The translations under genes and the position numbers were made by a program. From a virus: DNA of 64,000 bases. Below the pieces are notes generated by a model. That model had not been told where the DNA came from and did no database searches. It was given only the letters and a program-made list of their open reading frames with translations. Positions 8,406-15,786 of this stretch are shown here, in pieces. Position 1 is the stretch's first letter; the number at the start of each line of letters is the position of its first letter. The DNA lies in the IMG/VR virus record IMGVR_UViG_3300031160_000001; one strand, given 5' to 3'.

Positions 8406-8617
8406 GTTTCTTCGCCGCCTTCATTGGTCTCTGGTTCAGGTACAGGAAAAAGCTCCGAAAAATTCCTCCGCAAGTCAGCTTCAAAGATATGCACATACCG
8501 TTCTGCCGTTTGTCTATCTCCTTTTACTTCTGTTTCTCCTTGCAAGTTTACGCCTTCGTCAGAAAAATCGACTTTTATTCTTGTCACGCCGTTCAACTCT
8601 TCAAACAAAGCAATCAT
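8402..8617 (-). CDS. Hypothetical protein (tail-tip module)
   Basis: 71-aa ORF with 4-bp overlaps to both neighbours. Confidence 0.6.
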   Translation of the reverse strand: MIALFEELNGVTRIKVDFSDEGVNLQGETEVKGDRQTAERYVHIFEADLRRNFSELFPVPEPETNEGGEET

Positions 8618-9012
8618 ATCTCCATCACCGCCACCTCTACTGAGTTTGCACTTTCAGATACCGCAAAAATCTGCACGACTACGCTAGGATTAAAGTTAAA
8701 TTCAATGATCCCTCCCGGTTCGACCGGGAATCCAGTGGCTGCTGTAACTGTTGACGATCCTATGCGGATCCGATACTGTGTTGACTCGTTTTTGACGATG
8801 AGATACCGTCTGTTTTCTTTTCGCGATGCACCTGCGAAAATTTCCGCCGCTGTTGCCGTCACAGTTTTAACACCTGTCACAGGTGCGGCATCAACTGTAT
8901 CTATACTCCCCGTTAGTTTGACACCCTCTGAATACGTCCCGTCCCCATTATCTATCATTTTGATTTTAATAGAGTCGTTACCGACCCCGTATCTTGTGCT
9001 TGTATCAGCCAT
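8614..9012 (-). CDS. Hypothetical beta-rich virion-associated protein
   Basis: 132 aa, RBS GAGGTG, operonic; contains the KLTGS motif. Confidence 0.6.
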   Translation of the reverse strand: MADTSTRYGVGNDSIKIKMIDNGDGTYSEGVKLTGSIDTVDAAPVTGVKTVTATAAEIFAGASRKENRRYLIVKNESTQYRIRIGSSTVTAATGFPVEPGGIIEFNFNPSVVVQIFAVSESANSVEVAVMEI

Positions 9013-9023
9013 TATTAATCACC

Positions 9024-9224
9024 TCAAATTGGTAAACTTTTCAGTGGATCTGGGCAATTTTCAACAACCCAATCACCACCGATAAACTCGATGTTTTGAT
9101 CAGTAGCGTTATATCGACTTATTAGACCAAACATAGTCATTTCCGGCTCATCTTCTGTTGGAAGAAAATCATCATAAATCCCCTGCAAAATGGATATGAT
9201 TTGTTGTTTTCGTTGTTCATCCAT
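9024..9224 (-). CDS. Hypothetical protein
   Basis: 66 aa, GGAGGT RBS, operonic. Confidence 0.55.
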   Translation of the reverse strand: MDEQRKQQIISILQGIYDDFLPTEDEPEMTMFGLISRYNATDQNIEFIGGDWVVENCPDPLKSLPI

Positions 9225-9228
9225 AGTG

Positions 9229-9786
9229 TTACCTCCATACTCTCACAACTCTGATTGTAACCGTGGCTGTTTCTGAACTGTAGTTTACAACCTTAATCTG
9301 TTCATTCGATGCTGGGATTGCTACGCTTTTAGCCTCTTGTAAAGACGTGGGTTCTGTCAATCCAACATTACTTGCGAAACTAAAACCCAAAAATAACGAG
9401 ATGCATGGGTTAGATAAGTTAGAATATGCCGTTGTAACATTTTCCCTTTTAGGGTATACGCAATTCAAACTACTATAGCCGTGTGCAACATTCCAAGCTG
9501 CACCAGATCTGAACGACCAAGGCTGTTTATCACAGTTGATAAGGACATATGTTTCGTCTTCTCCCTTACCACCAATGCTTACAGGTGTGGTCTGACCTCC
9601 AGACGATGGCACAGACTGTGCATTAACAAGTGTTTCAACCTCTACTCTAGCAACCCTCTTAACCGGAATTGCTTGTGTATCTTGCACACTACTCCCCGTT
9701 AGTTCAACTTCTCCCTTAACTTTCAATGCCTTGCTTACATTATCTTTAAGCGTTCCTATAATTTCTGATAAACTAAATAAAGCCAT
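9229..9786 (-). CDS. Hypothetical virion-associated protein
   Basis: 185 aa, GAGGAG RBS; contains the ELTGS motif. Confidence 0.6.
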   Translation of the reverse strand: MALFSLSEIIGTLKDNVSKALKVKGEVELTGSSVQDTQAIPVKRVARVEVETLVNAQSVPSSGGQTTPVSIGGKGEDETYVLINCDKQPWSFRSGAAWNVAHGYSSLNCVYPKRENVTTAYSNLSNPCISLFLGFSFASNVGLTEPTSLQEAKSVAIPASNEQIKVVNYSSETATVTIRVVRVWR

Positions 9787-9803
9787 ATATTTATCTCACT
9801 CCT

Positions 9804-10253
9804 CTAAAAAATAACATTCTCTGTGACTTCTGGGAAAAAATAGTTCCTTTTGGAGTCTATTCGAACAGCATCAACTTCCGCAAGACCGTGCTGAATCCCA
9901 AACAACACTTCGAAAAAATCCTCAACTGCACTCTCTTCTGTGAATGCCACATCCACAACTTCAATATCTTCTACTTCTTGGTCACTATAAGTTGACCAGG
10001 CTTCGATAAACTCACCAACACATAAATATCCATTGCTCATTAGTCTTACTTGATCCACTTCCAGAAGCACAGATTCGATTCCAAGAAATAATTGAAGTAG
10101 CGAAGATAATTCATCTTCGTCGTTAATTAAAACATTCTCGTCAATCATCAGATTTTCATCAACCAAAGACTCTTCGTCAAATCCAAATTGAATTTCAACA
10201 ATCTCTCCAGCTAAAGAAACGGTCTTGTCTTTGTTTATTCTTTTTATGATCAT
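9804..10253 (-). CDS. Hypothetical acidic protein with two internal repeats
   Basis: 149 aa, overlaps the upstream stop; two halves F(D/T)EES...LFxGI...L.EVD.VR. Confidence 0.6.
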   Translation of the reverse strand: MIIKRINKDKTVSLAGEIVEIQFGFDEESLVDENLMIDENVLINDEDELSSLLQLFLGIESVLLEVDQVRLMSNGYLCVGEFIEAWSTYSDQEVEDIEVVDVAFTEESAVEDFFEVLFGIQHGLAEVDAVRIDSKRNYFFPEVTENVIF

Positions 10254-11905
10254 GTCAATACCTCAAAATCAATACTATCTAAATCTTTGTTATGTACGAT
10301 TTGAAATCTATTACCTATAGGAATAGGAATGCTACCGTCTCTAGGAATACTTGCGTTTTTGGCATTCTGCTCCGCTAAGTCGGCTTTGCTTTGTGCTCCT
10401 TCTGGTGTCTCTGCGCCCACATCTTCGTAAGTTAATTGAACATTACCCTGAGCATCTGGAGACTTGTTATTAACACTTGATACAGATCCTAATCCATCAA
10501 GCCCCTTTTGGGCTACCAAAGTCCAAAATTGCCCCTCTACTGGTGTCACACCCTGACAATCTTGCATACAACGCCAAGTTGAGCCGTTGTATCTTACATG
10601 ATTGTTTTTAACATATTGAGTAGACGGATTGTATTCTCCTAAATGTACAGATGTGTTCACCAAATTCTGTGCATTATTCGCCGCTGAATTCGCATTATTT
10701 ATAGCTGTCGTTGTATTTATCTGACGCTCATCTTCTTGTGATTGTCTTATTGCTTCATTATCCTGTCTCGTTTGTTCTGCAGATTGACGATTCGCTTCAT
10801 TATTTTGCCTTGTTAATTCATTAGTTTGTCTTATACTTTCATTAGATTCTCTAGTGTCTTCATTAGATTCTCTAAGAGTTTCATTTGCTTGACGAGTAGA
10901 TTCTTGTGATTGTCTAGTTGCTTCGTTTGATTCTCTTACGCTTTCCTGAGAGATTCTTAATTGCTCATTAGACTCCCTATTACTTTCAGCAGCAGCACGA
11001 TTTGATTCAGCAGATTGACGATTATTCTCATTGGATATCCTTGTATTTTCATTCAGTTTTCTAGTAGCCTCTTCTATCAAACGATCTGATTCAGCCAATT
11101 CACGATAAAGTTCTGCTTGAATCCTATTATACTCATTGTCATTGCGTTGCACTTCGTTTTCTTCTCTGATACTTTCAGCTTCAGATCGTGCTTCTTCGGC
11201 TTGATTAATTAATTGAATAGTCTCATCAATATTTATTATTTCTTTCCAATAATTAGAGTTGGTAAGAGGAATACCCGTACTCGAAACAACTGCTTGATAT
11301 AAAATGGTTTTATCAGAGTTTGATACCACATCACCAGCATTATAGCTACTTGCTGTATTATATGTTCCTCTCCATCTAAAACCTGAAACTAATACCCAAT
11401 AATTAGGATTAGAAGGAGAATTACCTTGGGTTGATTGTTTGCATAAATACAATGATCCACCATAGGAAACTAAATTAAACTTTTGATAAATGGTTTCTGA
11501 ATTATATTCCCCTATATAATAAAAGTTGTTTGCACCCTCAGTAAGATCGCTTAAAAGCTGAACAACTTCACCATTGTTTTCTATAGTATAAATACGTGAA
11601 GCAGGGATAAAAACCAATCCTCTACCAAAAAAATGGACTTGGACTGTTTTACCTTCTTCAGATGGATTAAAAAATACATGACCAGATAGATAATTAACGT
11701 AAAACTGATTACTGTTTAATCCTTGAGCGATATTTAAGACTTCAGAGTAGCCGGTAATCTGAACCCTTTTGCGCTCTACAGGAAGTTCAGATAATAAAAT
11801 CTTTCCATTAATAATCTTATATGTCTCAGTATATTCTACAAATTCATCTCCATCTAATCCACTTCGTAGTTCATATATCAAAGGGTTATTATTATACATA
11901 ACCAT
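10250..11905 (-). CDS. Tail fibre / baseplate protein with carbohydrate-binding-like repeats and a long heptad coiled coil
   Basis: YIGEYN..Y....VSYGGSLY repeats, R..NE/R..AE 7-aa repeats, SVSSVNNKSPD..GNV motif; position after the tail spike. Confidence 0.7.
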   Translation of the reverse strand: MVMYNNNPLIYELRSGLDGDEFVEYTETYKIINGKILLSELPVERKRVQITGYSEVLNIAQGLNSNQFYVNYLSGHVFFNPSEEGKTVQVHFFGRGLVFIPASRIYTIENNGEVVQLLSDLTEGANNFYYIGEYNSETIYQKFNLVSYGGSLYLCKQSTQGNSPSNPNYWVLVSGFRWRGTYNTASSYNAGDVVSNSDKTILYQAVVSSTGIPLTNSNYWKEIINIDETIQLINQAEEARSEAESIREENEVQRNDNEYNRIQAELYRELAESDRLIEEATRKLNENTRISNENNRQSAESNRAAAESNRESNEQLRISQESVRESNEATRQSQESTRQANETLRESNEDTRESNESIRQTNELTRQNNEANRQSAEQTRQDNEAIRQSQEDERQINTTTAINNANSAANNAQNLVNTSVHLGEYNPSTQYVKNNHVRYNGSTWRCMQDCQGVTPVEGQFWTLVAQKGLDGLGSVSSVNNKSPDAQGNVQLTYEDVGAETPEGAQSKADLAEQNAKNASIPRDGSIPIPIGNRFQIVHNKDLDSIDFEVLT

Positions 11906-11912
11906 TAAACCC

Positions 11913-12064
11913 TCTGCTACTCAAAATATGGACAAATATCCATATCGAGAAAAGTTCCTGCTTCAACGTGTTCTGCCTCGCATCATGCTACTACAGGTTC
12001 TACAACACTCCACAGGCGTTAATTCCCGACTAAGCCATCGGTACATACGTATAATCGCTTGTTT
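11913..12064 (-). ncRNA. Probable TnpB omegaRNA scaffold (IS607 right end)
   Basis: Position between the tnpB stop and the right end, where TnpB guide scaffolds are encoded; structure not computed. Confidence 0.6.
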
Positions 12065-13234
12065 TTATGCGATTTTATACGTCTTAGCATTTTTCAAATT
12101 AATCGCAGCATTCACGTCTCGATCCACCACATTTTCGCAATTATCGCAAACAAAAATTCGATCTGATAACTTTAGATTACTTTTTTTATACCCACAACAT
12201 GAACATAATTTACTGGATGGATAGAAACGATCAACAATTCTCAATTCAATTCCATGAACCTTACATTTTGCTTCAAGTTTGGATCGGAATTGATGAAAAC
12301 CTTGTTGTGCGATCGCTTTTGATAAATGCTTATTTTTCATCATGCCTCTAACATTCAAATCTTCAATTGTTATAAAGCGTGGTTTTTGCTTTATAATCAT
12401 ATTTATCGTCTGATTAATATGATTTTCTCGAATGTTAGAGAGTCGTTGATGAAGTTTCTGCACCTTCAGGATTTGTTTTTGGATATTTTGTCCAGTAGCA
12501 GTTTCCTCCTTCCTATTTTTATTTTTCTTTGCTTCCTCATATTTTCTCGAAAGTTTTCTTTGTTGACGTTTTAATGATTTCTCAAGTTTCCTTACTTTGG
12601 TTGTTTTATTTATATTTTTGATTTGTTGATCACTATTTGATAGAGTTGCAAATTTTCCAACTCCAAGATCAATTCCAATACCATCATTAAAATTTTCAAA
12701 TTTTTTTTGTTCATTGTCTTCAATTAAAACAGATACATAATAACGTCCTGCTTTTTGTGATATGGTTCCGCTTCTAATGATTGCTTTTGTTGGAATATAA
12801 CCATATTCTTTTAATCTTACCCATCCCAATGTAGGAATTTTAATTCGATGACGTTCGCATTTGATAATAGTTTTCGCATCGTTTTTTACAAAATACATTT
12901 TTACGTCTTGATTCTTTTTCTTTTTAAACTTAGGAAATCCTGATTGTCCTTTAAAGAATTGTTTAAATGCTCGCTCAGCATTCATAATCGACTGTTTAGC
13001 GGCTTTTGCATAAACTTGTTTGATCCACTGATAATCTGGATTGTTTGGAATGAATTCATTATTTAACCACTTGGAAAAATCCATTCCTGATACAAAATGT
13101 TTTTCCTTTTCATATACTTCTTTATTATGCGCGATATAGAAATTATAAACATATCTGCAAACACCAATTGTTTGATTAAATATTTTCTTCTGTGTTTCGT
13201 TCAATTGAATTTCTGTCTTGTACGATCTTAGCAA
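12065..13234 (-). CDS. tnpB: TnpB RNA-guided nuclease
   Basis: RuvC motifs GIDLG, IEDLNV, DRDVNAAIN and zinc finger CSCC..CDNC all intact; likely TTG start at 13234 after GGAGG. Confidence 0.93.
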   Translation of the reverse strand: MLRSYKTEIQLNETQKKIFNQTIGVCRYVYNFYIAHNKEVYEKEKHFVSGMDFSKWLNNEFIPNNPDYQWIKQVYAKAAKQSIMNAERAFKQFFKGQSGFPKFKKKKNQDVKMYFVKNDAKTIIKCERHRIKIPTLGWVRLKEYGYIPTKAIIRSGTISQKAGRYYVSVLIEDNEQKKFENFNDGIGIDLGVGKFATLSNSDQQIKNINKTTKVRKLEKSLKRQQRKLSRKYEEAKKNKNRKEETATGQNIQKQILKVQKLHQRLSNIRENHINQTINMIIKQKPRFITIEDLNVRGMMKNKHLSKAIAQQGFHQFRSKLEAKCKVHGIELRIVDRFYPSSKLCSCCGYKKSNLKLSDRIFVCDNCENVVDRDVNAAINLKNAKTYKIA

Positions 13235-13826
13235 TATCTTCATCCTCCAGAATTTTATTTTTATACTTTCTAAGCCCGTAGATTTTACAAGAGAAAACAT
13301 GAATAATACTTATCAAATCTTGCACTAATTCCTCTTGCGGTGAAAGTTTTTCATTATTTACTACAATTAGTTCTACTCCATTAGACTCTAAAAATTTCTT
13401 AAACCAATCGTAACCAAAGCGGATAAATCTATCTTTATGAGATACTAAGATTTTTGAAATATGACCTAACATACATTCTTCAAGTAGTTTATTCCACTTT
13501 TTTCGATTGTAATTAAGGCCGCTTCCAATATCCTCAAATATCTCATCAACAATAATCCCTTTTGCATTAGCATATTGTTTAAGAAATTCTACCTGATTAT
13601 TTAAATCATCTTTTTGATTTGAGGTAGATACTCTTGTATAAATAACAACTTTTCCGTTCGGATGACTTTCACCAATATAATCTACGTATTGTTTATGAGT
13701 ATAATATCTTCTTCCTGAAGGATGACGATTGGCAATTAACTTTTTCTCACGATCCCATCGTTGAAGTGTTTTTACAGAAACGCCGATCATTTCTGCAAAT
13801 TCTTGTGGCTTATAGTGATTACTCAT
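13176..13826 (-). CDS. tnpA: IS607 transposase (MerR-like HTH + serine recombinase)
   Basis: EFAEMIGVSVKTLQRWD, IYTRVSTSNQKDDL, DIGSGLNYNRK, QDLISIIHVFSCKIYG; start at ATG 13826. Confidence 0.95.
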   Translation of the reverse strand: MSNHYKPQEFAEMIGVSVKTLQRWDREKKLIANRHPSGRRYYTHKQYVDYIGESHPNGKVVIYTRVSTSNQKDDLNNQVEFLKQYANAKGIIVDEIFEDIGSGLNYNRKKWNKLLEECMLGHISKILVSHKDRFIRFGYDWFKKFLESNGVELIVVNNEKLSPQEELVQDLISIIHVFSCKIYGLRKYKNKILEDEDIAKIVQDRNSIERNTEENI

Positions 13827-13864
13827 AGATTTCATTCCTTTCTGTAATAATAATCCATGAGTAT

Positions 13865-13893
13865 AATTTATCACATATAAACACATTTGTCAA
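13865..13893 (-). promoter_or_regulatory. sigmaA-type promoter in the IS607 left end
   Basis: TTGACA-17 bp-TAAATT with TG extension. Confidence 0.65.
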
Positions 13894-13938
13894 TATTAAT
13901 GGTAATTATTTCGTTCCTCCATTCATTGAATTTTATAT

Positions 13939-15045
13939 TTATGGAATTGAATTTAAACTATTCACAATTCCATTCAAATAAGAAGCATATATAATACCTC
14001 CACTTGATACCATCGCAGGTGGTGGTGTTGGTGGTGACATTGCTGATATAGCTGTAACTGCTTGGTTAAACATCGAAGCTAAAAAATAATTACCTGTAGT
14101 TGCTGTAGTAAAACTAAAAGCCCCTAATCCTTTATATATCCGAAACTGATTTATTCTAGCAGTAAATGAATTCCACTCAGAAGCGGTTAAGGAAAAAGGT
14201 TGACCTGATGTTTTTGGAGTAGTCCAACTATAATTATTGGGACGCGTTCCACCCACCTGAACTTGAACCACACCTTCGGATACACTTTCAAGCCAAGTGT
14301 TATTGACATAAAGCCTTGATCTCGCCTTAAAAATAAAGGACTGACCAGATTGAAGACCCGTCCAGGTTAATGTAGAAGTCCCAGAACTAGCAGTTTTATT
14401 ATCTATATATACATTATTATTTGTATATCTATCTACTACTACCTCGTCATAATTACCTGACATACCACTGATTGAAATAGTAATGGAGTTAGATGTAGAC
14501 GTTCCAGTAATATTTGGAGTTCTCGGTGCAACTGTCGCAGGTTGCTCAATTGTATAATTAGAACTACCAGCGGAATTTTCCGATCTTACGGAAACATAAT
14601 ATGTAACACCATACTGCAAACCTGTAACCGTATAAGCGGTAGAAGATGTATTATATGTAGTAGTATAGTTATCATAACCTCTTCTAACTCTCAAAGTATA
14701 TGAAGTAGCACCACTAACAACAGGCCAATATAATCTATAACCACCTTCAACTCGATAATCAACGTAAGGTGGATGCCAAGGAGGTGATGGTGGATTGGGG
14801 GCAGGAGGATTGTCATTGGCCAATGTGGTTTCGGTAATAGAGCCATCTAATAACCATGTTCCACTTGACCAAAAATAACATCTAATTGTATATGTAGTAT
14901 TAGGCGTCAAATTAGTAAAAGTATGCGAACTCGAAGTTGTATATGATTCAATACCATTGATTTCCCATAAATAATTGCTTCTACCAGTATTGGTTGTACT
15001 AACTGATATACTTGTTGATGTTTTGTTAGTTACATAAACCGACAA
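13939..15045 (-). CDS. Fibronectin type III domain tail/baseplate protein
   Basis: FTNLTPNTTYTIR, VTGLQYGVTYYVSVRSEN, WTGLQSGQSFIFK Fn3 repeats; TTG start with GGAGG RBS. Confidence 0.78.
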   Translation of the reverse strand: MSVYVTNKTSTSISVSTTNTGRSNYLWEINGIESYTTSSSHTFTNLTPNTTYTIRCYFWSSGTWLLDGSITETTLANDNPPAPNPPSPPWHPPYVDYRVEGGYRLYWPVVSGATSYTLRVRRGYDNYTTTYNTSSTAYTVTGLQYGVTYYVSVRSENSAGSSNYTIEQPATVAPRTPNITGTSTSNSITISISGMSGNYDEVVVDRYTNNNVYIDNKTASSGTSTLTWTGLQSGQSFIFKARSRLYVNNTWLESVSEGVVQVQVGGTRPNNYSWTTPKTSGQPFSLTASEWNSFTARINQFRIYKGLGAFSFTTATTGNYFLASMFNQAVTAISAMSPPTPPPAMVSSGGIIYASYLNGIVNSLNSIP

Positions 15046-15073
15046 TTAATCCTCCACCTCTATTACAAAAATA

Positions 15074-15102
15074 TTGATTTAATGTTAAATTTTAATTATA
15101 AT
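15074..15102 (+). promoter_or_regulatory. sigmaA-type promoter of the moron gene
   Basis: TTGATT-17 bp-TATAAT. Confidence 0.65.
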
Positions 15103-15122
15103 ATTAATAGGGGTGATAATCT

Positions 15123-15767
15123 ATGAAAAAAACTATTATTACTTTATTCATAGGTATATTAATAGGTTCTGCTTTAGGTATTTCAGCTTTAGGCGCAACT
15201 CAAAAAATTGAAGCTGTGCTTATGGATGTTAAGTTCTTGCTCAATGGTGAGGTTGTTGAATTTGATAACAAGCCATTGGTTTATAACGAAAGAACTTACA
15301 TCCCAATAAGAGAAGCAGCAGAATTACTTAATCTTGAAGTGGGCTGGGATCAAGAAAAACAAATGGTTGTGCTTAATAGCAATGAGAATTCTTCTGGTTC
15401 TAATAACACTGACCAAAACAATAATAACAACTCTAATAACAATATAAATAATTCACAGAATAGAGGGGTGAATAATATTAACAACAATATTTTTTATAAC
15501 TTTTTTGAAGTTAATCGTCTTTTATCAAACAAATACACCGATGAACGTAGTGCAATTTGGGGAGATGTAAAAAACAATACAATAGTCAAAACTTATTTAG
15601 GAATTGACTATCCTGTTAACGAATCCAATTACTTCTATGATAGAAATACCAATATTCAATATCTTGAAGAAAATTATCTATTACAATTTCTTCAACCAGA
15701 AGATTTAGAGGGTGCTACCAAATATATTGTTGATTTTGAGCAGGGGATTGTTACTCCAATAAAATAA
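15123..15767 (+). CDS. Secreted copper-amine-oxidase N-terminal (stalk) domain protein, moron
   Basis: Signal peptide MKKTIITLFIGILIG; YNERTYIPIREAAELLNLEVGWDQEKQMV motif; Asn-rich linker; opposite strand to the tail operon. Confidence 0.75.
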   Translation: MKKTIITLFIGILIGSALGISALGATQKIEAVLMDVKFLLNGEVVEFDNKPLVYNERTYIPIREAAELLNLEVGWDQEKQMVVLNSNENSSGSNNTDQNNNNNSNNNINNSQNRGVNNINNNIFYNFFEVNRLLSNKYTDERSAIWGDVKNNTIVKTYLGIDYPVNESNYFYDRNTNIQYLEENYLLQFLQPEDLEGATKYIVDFEQGIVTPIK

Positions 15768-15786
15768 GGGAGAAACAATCCCTTAT

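Larger units (their letters stand above)
11913..13916 (-). mobile_element. IS607-family insertion sequence (tnpA serine recombinase + tnpB)
   Basis: Two overlapping IS607 genes; right end ...TTTTGAGTAGCAGA; a GG dinucleotide at both junctions, reconstructing the empty site AATGGA-GG-GTTTAATG. Confidence 0.9.

Noticed and set aside
3812-9702. Plus-strand and alternative-frame ORFs over the GC-rich island (e.g. 8489-9085, 6600-6953)
   Set aside because: Shadow ORFs of well-supported minus-strand genes, no RBS, expected at higher GC
13827-13916. IStron (group I intron fused to IS607)
   Set aside because: Only ~90 bp separate the left end from tnpA, too short for a group I core
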